Assembly: GCA_951406725.2 (NCBI GenBank)
Contig: OX597840.1
Location: 5,766,001 to 5,830,000, forward strand
DNA length: 64,000 nt
Reading direction: 5' to 3'
Source: Octopus vulgaris
Taxonomy: Eukaryota
Shown: positions 43,212-57,640 of the stretch, one piece after another
Position numbering within the stretch: the first letter of the stretch is position 1
Layout of the letters: each line of letters opens with the position of its first letter
Program-made: the position numbers and the translations under genes
The notes under the pieces: model-generated
The model's database searches: none
What the model was told of the DNA's origin: nothing
What the model saw: the letters and a program-made list of their open reading frames with translations, nothing else

Positions 43212-43367
43212 TATGTGTATACACACACACACATACCCATCCATATATATGAATCAAAACAAGGAGATAGATTGTAAAATAAATATATACCTGAACTAGA
43301 AGCACAAAGGTGCCGACAACCTATTATCTCTCTCTCTCTCTCTCTCTCTCTCTTCCTTCGCTTTGTC

Positions 43368-43401
<34 letters not shown>

Positions 43402-43860
43402 CCTTTCTGTCTCACTATATACTGCTTAACTTATTGATATGTAACATACATACATATATACATTCATACATACATACATACATACATACAAACATACATA
43501 GATACATACATACATACATATATACACACACATATACATACATCCATACATACATACATTCATTCATACATACATATATATCTATACACAAAAATATATT
43601 AATATATACATACGTACATTCATACAAACACAGATACGTACACACATTCATGCTATATACACATACATATTATACATACTATACTGCATACACACACACA
43701 TATATTTATATGTACATACATACATACATACATATATATATATATATATCTATATACATATATAAGTACACATTTTACTATATATATATATATATATACA
43801 CACATATATAATATATATATATGAATATCTGTATATCTATCTATCTATCTATCCATCTAC

Positions 43861-43893
<33 letters not shown>

Positions 43894-44779
43894 AATCATC
43901 CATCTATCTATCTATCTATCTGTCTCTCTCTCTATCTATCCATCTATCTATCTATCCACCTATCTATCTATCCATCTATCTATCTATCTAAACATATTCA
44001 TTACATATACATACGTACACGCTGCCATGCATGTGTGTGTGTGCACGCAAAACCTACAAGAAACTCACACACTAACTTTCCTGTTCGGCTTTTAGCTGGG
44101 CTGTTTTAGCCTCTGTTTTTCTCTCCTTCCTTCCTTCATCCTTTCTTTCTCTCTTTCTTTCTTTATCTTGTCCCTTATTCTCTCTCTCTCTCTCTCTCAC
44201 CTTCTTGTCCCCCCTTTTCTTCTTCTCTCTCTTAACTCTTTGTTGACCCAACACAACTTTCTCCGTCGAAACAACGTCGAGAAGACTTGTTTAGAACCTT
44301 CGCCGAAGCACGCACGTGCCTTACAGAGGGATAGAGGCGGAGGCGGCGGCGATGGCTGGGTGATGATGTTGGTGGTGGTGTCGTCGGTGGCAGCGTTGGT
44401 GGTGGTGGTGGTGTCGTCGGTGGTGGTGGTGGTGGTGGTGTCGTCGGTGGCAGCGTTGGTGGTGGTGGTGGTGTCGTTGGTGGTGTCGTCGGTGGTGGTG
44501 GTGGTGATGTTGTCGGCGGTGGTGGTGGTGGTGGTGGCGGCGTTGGTGGTGGGGATGGTGGTAGCGAGATGGAAGATGTACCGCATTAACGGTGGCGTTT
44601 ATGAGGGAGACTCAGGTGCTTCCGAATCGGGTGTATATATTCGCGCATGGGTGTGTGAGCATACATGTATGTCTGTGTGTCAGTGTGTGAGCGTGTGTTT
44701 ATATCACAAGTGTGCATATACATTTCTTTGTGTATGTGTATGCGTGTGTGTATAGACATGCCTACGAAACACATACTGA

Positions 44780-45320
44780 GAGGCGAGCTGGCAGAAACGT
44801 TAGCACGCCGGGCGAAATGCGTGGCCGTATTTCGTCTGCCGCTACGTTCTGAGTTCAAATTCCGCCGAGGTCCACTTTGCCTTTCATCCTTTCGGGGTCG
44901 ATAAATTAAGTACCAGTTACGCACTGGGGTCGATGTAATCGACTTAATACCATTGTCTGTCCCCTCTATGTTTAGCCCCTTGTGGGTAGTAAAGAAATAG
45001 GTATTTCGTCTGCTGTTACGTTCTGAGTTCAAATCCCGCCGAGGTCGACTTTGCCTTTTACGCACTGGGGTCGATATAATCGACTTAATCTGTTTGTCTA
45101 TCCTTGTTTGTCCTCTCTGTGTTTAGCCCCTGGTGGGTAGTAAAGAAATAAGTATTTCGTCTGCCGCTATGTTCTGAGTTCAAATTCCGCCGAGGTCGAC
45201 TTTGCCTTTCATCCTTTCGGGGGTAGAACCAGTTATGCACTGAGGTCGATGTAATCGACTTAGTCCCTTTGCTTGTCCCTTCTACGTTTAGCCCTTTGTG
45301 GGCAACAAAGAAATAAGAAA
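44780..45320 (+). mobile_element. SINE B with 3 tandem body units
   Basis: Single head GGCGAGCTGGCAGAAACGTTAGC, then repeated GTATTTCGTCTG...AAAGAAATA units. Confidence 0.8.
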
Positions 45321-45495
45321 CATAGTGAGGGAGAATTCACAAAAAAAACCATATATGTGTGTGTGAGTGTGTGTGTGTCTGTGTGTGTGAGTGTGGTAAG
45401 TATTGTTCCGGGTTCAGTCCTTAGGCAAGTGTCTTCTGCTATAGCCATGGCTCGACCAAAGTGGATTTGGTTGCCGGAAACTGAAAGAAGCCCTC

Positions 45496-45539
<44 letters not shown>

Positions 45540-45561
45540 GTATATGTATATATATATGCAC

Positions 45562-45635
<74 letters not shown>

Positions 45636-45675
45636 ATATATATATATATATGCATATATATATATATATATATGC

Positions 45676-45728
<53 letters not shown>

Positions 45729-46559
45729 GATGTATACGTACATATATGTTTGTATGTATGCATATATTTTATTTATTACACTATATATATATATATACAA
45801 AATTTAAAGGACTGACCACTTCGGATTTTTTTAATATGCTACGTCACTGGTTTTAATTGATTAATATCAATTTCTACCTTTATTAAATTTTGTATATATA
45901 TTGGAGAAGTGGCACCTTGGGCAAGTGTCTTCTACTATAGCCTCGGGCCGACCAAAGCCTTGTGAGTGGATTTGGTAGATAGAAACTGAAAAGTAGCCTC
46001 TCGTATATATGTATATTTATATGTATGTGTGTGTTTGTGGTTGTCCCCCTAGCATTGCTTGACAACCGATGCTGGTGTGTTTATGTCCCCGTTACCTAGC
46101 GGTTCGGCAAAAGTGACCGATAGAATAAGTACTGGGCTTACAAGAGAATAAGTCCCGGGGTCGATTTGCTCGATTAAAGGCGGTGCTCCAGCATGGCCGC
46201 AGTCAAATGACTGAAACAAGTAAAAGAGTATATATATATATATATGTCTGTGTGTGTTTGCGTACACACACACTCACACAAACACACACGCGCTCGCGTG
46301 TACATGCACACACATATATATATATATATATATGCTCAACATATATAAATAAATGTATGTATGTATGAATGAAAGACTCAATGTTGACAATGTTGACAAG
46401 TGGGTGTGATATTGATAAGTGGTGGCGACGGCGGTGGCGGTGGGAGCCATGTTTACGGCGGTGGAGTAGCGTGAGAGGGGGAGGAGGAGGAAGAGATTAG
46501 AGGTGTGGGGCGCGGAGGCTATTATTGTTTGTGTTGCTGTTGTTGTGGATATATACTTC

Positions 46560-46785
46560 TTTATTGCCCACGAGGGGCTAAACACAGAGGGGACAAACAA
46601 GGACAGACATAGGTATTAAGTCGATTACATCGACCCCAGTGCGTAACTGGTACTTAAGTAATCGACCCCCGAAAGGATGAAAGGAAAAGTCGACCTCGGC
46701 GGAATTTGAACTCAGAACGTAACAGCAGACGAAATACCGCTAAGCATTTCGCCCGGCGCGCTAACGTGTCTGCCAGCTCGCCGAG
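46560..46785 (-). mobile_element. SINE B monomer
   Basis: Head plus one unit. Confidence 0.8.
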
Positions 46786-47470
46786 AGGAGTTAAGACGTG
46801 TGTATGTATGGTTGTGTGTATGTGTCTGTGTCTCGGGGTTCGCACCCTGTAGGGGTAAATGTTCACAGCCTTAAAATTTACAAACACAATCGTAGTTTAA
46901 ACGTGTGTGTGTATACTCTTTTACTCTTGTTTCAGTCATTTGCCCGCGGCTATGCTGGAGCACCGACTTTAGTCGAAGAAGTCGACCCCAGAGCCTAGTC
47001 TTTGTAAGCCTAGTACTTATTCATCAGTCTTTTGCCGAACCGCTAGATTTCAGGGACATAAACACACTAACATCAGTTGTCAAGTGATGGTGAAGGGGGA
47101 TAAACACAGGCGCAAAGACACAAGACACACACACATAAATATATATACATGACGGGCTTCTTTCAGTTTCCGTCTACCAAATCCACTCTCAATGCTTTGG
47201 TCGGCCCGAGGCTATTGCAGGAGACACTTGCCCAAGGTGCCACGCAGTGGGACTGAGCCCGGAACCGTGTGGTTGGAAGTAAGGTAACCACGCAACTAAT
47301 GCTTAAATATACCTATGGGTATATATGCGTCTATACATATATATATATATGTGTGTGACCGACAGAATAAGTACCAGGCGTACAAAGAATAAGTCCTGGG
47401 TTGGATTTCTTCAACTAAAAAGCGGTAGTCCAGCATGGCCACACTAAAATGACTGAAACAAATAAAAGAA

Positions 47471-47547
<77 letters not shown>

Positions 47548-47707
47548 TGAAGGATAACATTTTTTTCGAAAAAAATTCTTTTCCAAAAAAAAATTTTATC
47601 AATGGCCAGCATATCAAAAATACCTTTAAAGGTTAAATCTATAAACAATTCATAAATAAGGGCAAACGAAAAAATTTCTAATGCCAGATATGCCGATATT
47701 GCCACAT

Positions 47708-47762
47708 GTATCACTGACGAAGGGAGGGCTGTTAGAAGCTAACCCTGAAATCGGTCCGATAT
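47708..47762 (+). ncRNA. Type-I hammerhead ribozyme copy 1
   Basis: gtatca CTGACGA aggg agggct gttaga agct aa ccct GAAA tcg GTC cgatat. Confidence 0.75.
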
Positions 47763-48205
47763 TGTAATAATGGAATGTTTTAGAAATTTCTGTCGACCTT
47801 TTTTTCCAGTAGCGTGCGTATTGTGAAAAAATTATATGGTTAATGGACAATATGTCCAATTTTTCGGCATATCTGGCATTAGAAATTTTTTCGTTTGCCC
47901 TTATTTATGAATTGTTTATAGATTTAACCTTTAATGGTATTTTTTGATATGCTGGCCATTGATAAAATTTTTTTTGGAAAATAATTTTTTTCGAAAAAAA
48001 TTTTATCCTTCATCAGATATAAATTTAAGTGTTCACTTCCGGACTCTTTCACTCTGTGAGAGCATCAGTTCAAATCGTACGTGTCTCGAATGGGCTAGAG
48101 TATTTCTATTTTGGATATATTTGGGGTACTTAATTGTGCTCATGACTTAGTGATTGCTTCTTCCATGGGTATGAGTAAGTAACTCATTTATTTCTTTTGC
48201 CACAT

Positions 48206-48260
48206 GTATCACTGACGAAGAGAGGGCTCTTAGTAGCTAACTCTGAAATCGGTCCGATAT
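48206..48260 (+). ncRNA. Type-I hammerhead ribozyme copy 2
   Basis: gtatca CTGACGA agag agggct cttagt agct aa ctct GAAA tcg GTC cgatat. Confidence 0.75.
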
Positions 48261-48412
48261 GGTAATAATGGAATGTTTTAGAAATTTCTGTCGAGCTTTT
48301 TTCGAGTAGTGTGCATATTGTGAAAAAATTATATGGCTAATGGACAATATGTCCAATTTTTCGGCATATCTGGCATTAGAAATTTTTTCGTTTGCCCTTA
48401 TTTATGAAATTG

Positions 48413-48525
<113 letters not shown>

Positions 48526-48605
48526 ATTTTTTTCCCTCTGTCTTCCCTTCTCGGGATCTTTCCTTCTCCTATGTTTCCGACGAAGAGCGCCGCTCGAACT
48601 TTTCA

Positions 48606-48662
<57 letters not shown>

Positions 48663-48876
48663 TATTCTTTTTATTTGTTTCAGTCATTTTAGTGTGGCCA
48701 TGCTGGACTACCGCTTTTTAGTTGAAGAAATCCAACCTAGGACTTATTCTTTGTACGTCTGGTACTTATTCTATCGGTCACCGCCTAGTTATAGGACGTA
48801 AACGCACCAACATCGGTTGTCAAGCGATGCTGGAGGGGGACAAATAAATACACACACATATATATAAACACGGAAT

Positions 48877-48927
48877 TTTGTCACTGAACAGGACGCGGTT
48901 TCAAAGCGACGAAAATATTTTGGTAAA
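48877..48927 (+). ncRNA. Degenerate hammerhead motif
   Basis: tttgtca CTGAACA ggacgc ggtttcaaa gcgac GAAA ata TTT tggtaaa; 7-bp helix I, palindromic AAATATTT, G8 mutated. Confidence 0.55.
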
Positions 48928-49065
48928 TTAAATTTAAATGTTGAAGTGAATCTAACGGTTTTTGTGTGTTTCTTAAATGGCTTACAAACACCTTCCACGC
49001 TGCAATTGTTTTCGTTCCTGCACACGATCTCAGATCAGATCACATGCTATGCAAGTACATCTCCG

Positions 49066-49121
<56 letters not shown>

Positions 49122-49253
49122 GAAAGGGGTATGTTACGCCGCAATAATATATCCAAAAAGCAAACACAAAAGAAGAAGAACAAACACAAAAATGTAACAA
49201 CACGAGGATGTGGTACATGTAAAATATTAGCAGACCCTCAGAGAAAGAAAGGT

Positions 49254-49290
49254 GGTTTTATTTTTCGAGCAAAGCTCTTCTTCAGCAAAG
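49254..49290 (-). ncRNA. Degenerate hammerhead motif (gagc/gctc family)
   Basis: Minus: CTGAAGA a gagc ttt gctc GAAA aata aaacc. Confidence 0.45.
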
Positions 49291-50133
49291 GAAGTTGGAG
49301 GAAAAAGAAAAATCGCCAACGATTCACATGTGGTTACATTTATCAAAAAACTGAAACAAGAACGGAACAGATGACAATAAAACATCCGGACAAATAGACG
49401 ATTCGAAGACGGACAGGAAAAAACAAGGACGGGTCATTCGCAGCTTCCTCTCATGAGTTAAGTTACCAAATTATCCTTACACTTTCGGGCAGTTACACTT
49501 GTGACTGATCAAATCTGGCTGCCCACCAAAAATCTAAGCTAAGAGCATTAAATTCTTTGGGAGAAAGCAAGTGAATGTGTACGACAATAAAGACAAAAAA
49601 AAAAACGGAGAACATGTTGCACAATTACCAATACAAACCAAAAGAAAATAACAACAGGTGTCTTTCGACTAATAAAGACGAATCAAGTTGAGCTGGTATG
49701 TATAAAGTGAAAGCCTCGAGGCAGGAACACAGGAGTTGAACATAAGAGATGAAAGTCAGAGACAGGAATATATATCACTAGCGTGATATACATTAAAAGT
49801 ATCACCGGTTGGCACTTTTAATGGGGCACTACTTCGTTGTCTAATGTGGGCAATATTTGATTTTTGTGGAGTCCGGGGGCAGCAAATGAAAGGGGCGCCC
49901 CAGGCGCGGTACACACTAGTTACTCTAGTGATATCGCTGTGTGTGTATGTATGTATATATGTATATTTCGATAGGTGAATGAATTACCCTATATTTACCG
50001 GCAACATGGAAAATTCGATGAACCGATACCAAGGTAGCAAATTCACGTCAGAAACACGGTTGAAGCGACCTGCCCAAGGGTAGAAACTCCGGGTTCATGT
50101 GCAGAAATTTGTGTGTTATATATGAATAAGTAA

Positions 50134-50331
50134 ATAAATGGAGTTGAACGAAGATGTTAACAAAATTCCTTTACTCTCGACATATGCTTCGAAGACAACA
50201 TGGTTTTATTCCAAAGGAATAAACGGTGCAAGATGCAATCTTCTCATCAGGAAAGAAAGGGAGCCTCTCTCAACAACAAGACAAGCAATAAGAGTAAAGG
50301 AATTTTGTTAACATCTTCGTTCAACTCCATT

Positions 50332-50334
<3 letters not shown>
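50134..50334 (-). mobile_element. HHR-bearing Penelope-like fragment with a 44-bp inverted repeat; HHR at 50174-50255
   Basis: 50134-50177 is the reverse complement of 50291-50334; minus: ctttc CTGATGA gaaga...tcttc GAAG catat GTC gagag. Confidence 0.7.
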
Positions 50335-50363
<29 letters not shown>

Positions 50364-50614
50364 AACACACCGGGCTTCTTTCAGTTTCTGTCTACCAAAT
50401 CCACTCTTAAGGCTTTGGTCAGCATGAGGCTATAGTAGAAGAAACTTGTCCAAGGTGTCACGCAATGGGACTGAACCCAGAACCATGTGATGGGAAAACA
50501 ACCTTCTTACCACTCAGCCACGTCTACCATTATATTGATATTTGTATAACAATTCTAATATCATTGCAATACAATAGTATCGCTTTCCAGCCATATAAGG
50601 CACCGTACACCGAA

Positions 50615-51400
50615 GGCGGCGAGCTGGCAGAAACGTTAGCACGCCGGGCGAAATGCTTAGCGGTATTTCGTCTGCCGGTACGTTCTTAGTTCAAATTCCG
50701 CCGAGGTCGACTTTGCCTTTCATCCTTTCGGGGTCGATTAAATAAGTACCAGTTACGCACTGGGGTCGATATAATCGACTTAATACTTATGTCTGTCCTT
50801 GTTTGTCCCTTCTGTGTTTAGCCCCTTGCGGGTAGTAAAGAAATAGGTATTTCATCTGCCGCTACGTTCTGAGTTGAAATTACGCCGAAGTCGACTTTGC
50901 CTTTCATCCTTTCGGGGTCGATTAAATAAGTACCAGTTACGCACTGGGGTCGATATAATCGACTTAATCCGTTTGTCTGTCCTTGTTTGTCCCTTCTGTG
51001 TTTAGCCCTTGTGGGTAGTAAAGAAATAGGTATTTCATCTGCCGCTACGTTCTGAGTTCAAATTACGCCGAAGTCGACTTTGCCTTTCATCCTTTAGGGG
51101 TCGATTAAATAAGTACCAGTTACGCACTGGGGTCGATATAATCGACTTAATCCGTTTGTCTGTCCTTGTTTGTCCCTTCTGTGTTTAGCCCCTTGTGGGT
51201 AGTAAAGAAATAGGTATTTCATCTGCCGCTACGTTCTGAGTTGAAATTACGCCGAAGTCGACTTTGCCTTTCATCCTTTAGGGGTCGATTAAATAAGTAC
51301 CAGTTATGTACTGGGGTCGACACAATCTACTTAATCCGTTTATCTGTCCTTGTTTGTCCCCTCTGTGTGTAGCTTCTTGTGGGCAGTAAAGAAATAAGAA
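50615..51400 (+). mobile_element. SINE B with 4 tandem ~184-bp units
   Basis: Units start near 50663, 50847, 51030 and 51214; ATAAGGCACCGTAC occurs on both sides (TSD-like). Confidence 0.85.
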
Positions 51401-51868
51401 AATAAGGCACCGTACAGGTAAAATTATGAATAAGAAGTAGTGGTGCAACAAGGCACCAATGTTTGCTGGAAATAGCAGTCGATAACGATACGACGCTATG
51501 TAGAGCTTCACTGAAATATATACTGGCGAAGCTATATGCGGGCAGCGCACTTAAAAATTTGTCATCTTACCTCTAGGCAGAACATCGTAAAAATGAACAA
51601 CCCAAAATAGATAATCTAGGACCCGAATTTCGGACCTTCCAAAATACGATTGCATAATTAAATCTCAGAATGAGATTGAAACAGTAATCGCTCGATAATG
51701 TAAAGTATAGAAGCCATCTTATCATGGCTAACCACATTAGGGAGGGGGTGTTACTGTAGCTTTATAGCCCCAAGAGATCTTCGTCTCTGGCTGGCTTTAG
51801 ACACAATATCTGTGTCCTTGGAGTATTTGCAAAGGGAGGCCATCCCCTCCTCGCAAGCCTGAGTGATA

Positions 51869-51911
51869 CGCTCGAACTAGTTTCGGGATTTTTGTCCCTC
51901 GTCAACGGGCG
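51869..51911 (-). ncRNA. Minimal hammerhead, U3.G8 core variant, in a homolog of the 4.4-4.9 kb element
   Basis: Minus: cgcccg TTGACGA gggac aaaa atccc GAAA cta GTT cgagcg; palindromic AACTAGTT. Confidence 0.72.
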
Positions 51912-52254
51912 GTAACCACCAGGTAGCGATGAAAGAGAAGGCTCCTTTGCAAATAGATATAAGTTTTTCTAATGGCATCTGCCACTGATGTCGAAAAACG
52001 AACAGTAAGCATTGTTATCGTAAAACGAACAGTAAGATTGTTATCGTAAATTTGATTAGTCCTCATCAGCTAGATTCACCTGTGACGAAAATTTAAAATA
52101 TTGTTACATCTTGCCAGTATATTCGGCTGAACTCCTGGCCATTAACGACCGAGATCGGGGGAAAAGTCTTCTATAAAAATTTCAAATATCATTGCAATAC
52201 AATAGTATCCCTTTCTAACCAAAGAAAGCACCGTATTGGTAGAATTATGATATT

Positions 52255-52315
<61 letters not shown>

Positions 52316-52350
52316 GCATGCATGCAGACGCCCTCACACACACACACATA

Positions 52351-52386
<36 letters not shown>

Positions 52387-52439
52387 CACACACATACACA
52401 CATATACATATATATATATGTATGTATATATGTATATGT

Positions 52440-52690
52440 GGAAGCGCGTGGCTTAGTGGTTAGGGTGTCAGCATCATGATCGTAAGATTGTGGTTTCGAC
52501 TCCTGGAGCGGGCGACGCGTTGTGTTCTTGAGCAAAACACTTCATTTCACGTTGCTCCAGTCCACTCAGCTGGCGAAAATGAGTAACGCTGCGATGGACT
52601 AGCGTCCTGCCCAGCTGGGGAACACATACGCCATAGAAACCGGGAAACCGGGCCCATGAGCCTGGCTAGGCTTTAAAAGGGCGCATTTAT
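52440..52690 (+). mobile_element. tRNA-derived SINE (related head, different tail)
   Basis: GCGCGTGGCTTAGTGGTTAGGG...GGTTTCGACTCC...GTGTTCTTGAGCAAAACACTT; a related element at 56142-56480 is nested in SINE A. Confidence 0.65.
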
Positions 52691-52759
52691 TATTTATTTT
52701 ATATATGTATATATGTATGTGTATGCGTGTGTGTGTGCGTGTGTGTGTGTGTAACTGCA

Positions 52760-53010
52760 GAGTATCGAAAGCTTGAAGTTCCACTGGGCGGGCATGTCTC
52801 AAATGTCGCAGACGAGAGGTGGGACCGTTGCAGATGCCATGTCGTATCAAAGAGATCGGAGTGGGACCCTTGGAAGGCCTCGTATACAATGAGAAAACGA
52901 TTTAGTTAAGCTATTTGGGTCAAGATGGAAATGAATGGCGCAATGAAGACGAAATTGGAAGTGCATAGTGGCCAGCGGTGTATAACAGCACGTGATCATC
53001 TGATCGATGA
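52760..53010 (+). mobile_element. RTE-type LINE 3' fragment, degenerate
   Basis: KFHWAGHVSNVADERW ... GRPRIQ*ENDL ... RRNW, ending in GATGATGA. Confidence 0.6.
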
Positions 53011-53406
53011 TGAGATACTGTAATAAGAAGTTTGCTTCCCACCACAGCGTTCTGGGTTCAGTCCCACAGCGTGAAACCTTGACCAAATGTCTTCAAACTA
53101 TAGCCTTGCGCCTTGTGAGTGGATTTGGTAAAAGGAAACTGAAAGAAGCCCGTCGGGTATATATGTGTGTATGTGTGTGTCTTTGCGCGCGCGCATTTCT
53201 ATTTGCATTTGTCCCTTACCACCAGTTAGCAACGGTGTTGTGTTTACGTTGCCGTAACTTAGCGTTTCGGTCAAATAGATCGACAGAATATTAAAAAGAA
53301 AATGAGCAATATTGTCAATTAGTTCGACTAAAATGCCTCAATGTGGCGCCCCAGCATGGCCACAGCCTAATGACTGAAACAAGTAAAAGGTATTATACAT
53401 ACAAAA

Positions 53407-54001
53407 GGCGGCGAGCTGGCAGACACGTTAGCGCGCCAGGCGAAATGCTTAGCGGTATTTCGTCTGTCGTTACGTTCTGAGTTCAAATTCCGCCGAGGTT
53501 GACTTTGCCTTTCATCCTTTCGGGGTCGATAAATAAAGTAACAGTTACGCACTGGGGTCGATATAATCGACTTAATCGGTTTGTCAGTCCTTGTTTGTCC
53601 CCTCTTTGGCCCCTTGTGGGTAGTAAAGAAATAGGTATTTCGTCTGTCGTTACGTTCTGAGTTCAAATTCCGCCGAGGTTGACTTTGCCTTTCATCCTTT
53701 CGGGGTCGATAAATAAAGTAACAGTTACGCACTGGGGTCGATATAATCGACTTAATCGGTTTGTCAGTCCTTGTTTGTCCCCTCTTTGGCCCCTTGTGGG
53801 TAGTAAAGAAATAGGTATTTCGTCTGTCGTTACGTTCTGAGTTCAAATTCCGCCGAGGTTGACTTTGCCTTTCATCCTTTCGGGGTCGATAAATAAAGTA
53901 CCAGTTTCGCACTGGGGTTGATGTAATCGACTTAATACCTATGTCTGTCCTTGTTTGTCCCCTCTATGTTTAGCCCCTTGTGGGTAATAAAGAAATAGGT
54001 A
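53407..54001 (+). mobile_element. SINE B with 3 tandem 180-bp units (first two essentially identical)
   Basis: 53455-53634 and 53635-53814 match; GGTATTATACATACA occurs on both sides. Confidence 0.88.
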
Positions 54002-54699
54002 TTATACATACACATATACACACACGCACACAGACACACACACACACACACATACATTTCGCTTAAGAAGTGCGAGATTAACATCCAGGTTTAGAACTCA
54101 GTATACACGTGCTTCCATACGAAGCGTAAGTCGAGTACAGAGAGGTAATAAGAAAATGGAATGACAAAGGAACAATCGATTATCTTAAGAACTTCAATTC
54201 CTTACAGCTGTTTCCAATATAATATGCTCTGGACACATCGCTGAGTCCCGAGTTCTCCGCATCTTTACAGCGGAAACAGCTGTAAGCTGATGAAGATCAC
54301 AAAATATCGCTATACATCCATATACATACATATATACATATATATATATATCACCGTGATCACCGTGACCGACATATTATGGCTATCAGATGTTGCTACA
54401 AATCGCTGGTCACAATGCGCTTCGCATTGTTTTACCCTTCAAATGACGCCACCCCGCTGGCTAAGCGAGTTGGCCATATATATATATACTCTTTTACTCT
54501 TTTACTTGTTTCAGTAATTTGACTGCGGCCATGCTGGAGCACCGCCTTTAGTCGAGCAAATCGACCGCAGGAGCACCACTTTGGAGAATTTACTAATCGT
54601 AAGAAACGACCGCAGGATTTTTTTTTGTTTTTTTTTGTTTTTGTCTTTTTTTGCCGAACCGCTAACTTACAAGGACGTAAACACACCAGCACCGGTTGT

Positions 54700-55063
54700 C
54701 CAAATACAACAAATTCTAGAATCAGACGTACTGCAAACAAGCACAGAAAAAGTTAAGCGTATGAAAACCCGTGCTAAAACTGCTGCCTTAGATATTCTTA
54801 CTGATAAATGGCAAGAAAAACCTCTCAATGGCAAATACCCAAAGAGAGCTAATAATGCCGATGTTGACAAAGCCCTTACCCATCGAAGGTTAAAGGCTTC
54901 TGGCTAAAAATCAGAAACAGAAGGGTTTATCACAGCAGCCCAAGATCAATGCCTAACTACAACAAAATCCACCTAGCCAACATATTAAAGAATGGCAGTA
55001 GCCCAACATGTAGTGTATGTCAACAACAAAATGAAACCATTGATCATGTTGTCTCCATGTGCA
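54700..55063 (+). mobile_element. R4/Dong-like LINE internal fragment
   Basis: Homologous to ~1715-2065. Confidence 0.8.
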
Positions 55064-55115
55064 CCTTAAGCATTTCGCCCGACGTGCTAACAACTCTGCC
55101 AGCTCGCCGCCTTAA

Positions 55116-55194
<79 letters not shown>

Positions 55195-55548
55195 CCTTTC
55201 TACTAAGGCCTGAAATTTTGGTGGGAGGAGGCTAGTCGATTACATCGACCCCGGTACGCAACTAGCACTTGATTTATCGACCCCCAAAAGATGAAAGTCA
55301 AGGTCAACATAGACAGAATTTGAACTCAGAACGTAAAGACGGATGAAATGCCGCTAAGCATTTTGTCCGGCTCTTTAACAATTCTGTGTGTGAAAATGAA
55401 CGAAGAAATACGAAATGAATAACGTTGCAAGACAGAATGAAAGAATAAAAGAATGACTGATTGAAAACAGTGTATGAATGAAAGAATTTGTGAGCGAAAG
55501 AATGTGCGTTTGAATGAATGAATGAATGAAAAGAAAATGAGGTTGAGT

Positions 55549-55576
55549 TTAGGGTTAGGGTTAGGGTTAGGGTTAG
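55549..55576 (+). repeat. Short interstitial (TTAGGG)4
   Basis: Directly visible. Confidence 0.8.
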
Positions 55577-55825
55577 TTGTATGATTAGATAAAGGGGGAA
55601 GAAATGTGGGTAGTGGATAACAGGAACCAGAATTGATTAGACGTCGAAGTGGTGGTGGTGGTGGTGGTGGTGGTGGTGGTGATGGTGGTGGTAGTGGTGG
55701 TGGTTGTGGTGGTTGCTGTGATAATGAAGCTAGTCTTTTTAACACACACTCACACACACACACACACACTCATACACACACACACATTCATACGCACACA
55801 ACGCACAAACTATACACATACACAT

Positions 55826-56772
<947 letters not shown>

Positions 56773-56958
56773 ATACATACGCGCATACGCACGCATACAA
56801 ATCACCGTTAATCTAATGTTACTTGTCCCTCTGAATATGGTGAGCGTGAGTTCAATCACTGCTTTAGTCACTTTCTCTCTGTATAAGTACCCTGATTCAA
56901 TCTGAACGAGCGGGTCCTATCTAACGGTTACTAGTAGCAGATGGATTAATACGAGGAT

Positions 56959-57341
56959 GGAGACGCAATGGCCCAGTGGTTAGGGCAGCGGACTCGCGGT
57001 CATAGGATCGCGGTTTCGATTCCCATACCGGGCGTTGTGAGTGTTTATTGAGCGAAAACACCTAAAAGCTCCACGAGGCTCCGGCAGGGGATGGTGGTGA
57101 TCCCTGCTGTACTCTTTCACCACATCTTTCTCTCACTCTTACTTCCTGTTTCTGTTGTACCTGTATTTCAAGGGACCGGCCTTGTCACTCTCTGTGTCAC
57201 GCTGAATATCCCCGAGAACTACGTTAAGGGTGCACGTGTCTGTGGAGTGCTCAGCCACTTACACGTTAATTTCACGAGCAGGCTGTTCCGTTGATTCGGA
57301 TCAACCGGAACCCTTGTCGTCGTAACCGACGGAGTGCTTCC
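56959..57341 (+). mobile_element. SINE C full length with 11-bp TSD AATACGAGGAT
   Basis: tRNA-like head with A/B boxes; identical 11-mer at 56948-56958 and 57342-57352. Confidence 0.9.
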
Positions 57342-57640
57342 AATACGAGGATATTCCTGAATTGAAGACTACGATTTGAGAACAATCAACTTCTATGGAT
57401 TTTACTTTTTCAGCCGCTGATGGTCGATTGCACAAATCGCAGATCGTCCGGTTTGGATGGTCTATGTATTCATGCCGCATTTATCTGGCAAACTCTTGGC
57501 AGACCTCTACTGCAACTGGCAACAGAACGGGAGAATTCCTAGGACATATTCTCTGATGTCCATGCACCATAAATATGTATTCCTAATTTTCTCTTAACTG
57601 CCAGTATAATTTGGGACTTATAAAGCAGTGAGATCTTGAC

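Larger units (their letters stand above)
47545..48412 (+). mobile_element. Penelope-like/retrozyme element: 498-bp monomer, two HHRs in ~210-bp direct repeats, ~150-bp inverted 5' piece
   Basis: 47701.. repeats at 48199..; 47545-47697 is the reverse complement of ~47864-48015; (TA)n on both sides. Confidence 0.78.

Noticed and set aside
53367-53912. 181-aa ORF with 60-aa repeats; CRISPR-like periodicity
   Set aside because: It is an antisense reading of tandem 180-bp SINE B units; there are no unique spacers, no cas genes, and the context is eukaryotic.
54192-54298. Inverted repeat containing GAAACAGCTGTA (hammerhead 3' half) on both strands
   Set aside because: No correctly placed CTGANGA-type core on either strand; at most a Penelope-like remnant.
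55549-55576. Telomere or chromosome-fusion scar
   Set aside because: Only four TTAGGG units in a single orientation, amid other simple repeats.
56959-57030. tRNA gene-like sequences at SINE heads
   Set aside because: A/B boxes are present but continue into multi-copy SINE bodies with TSDs; not called as tRNAs.
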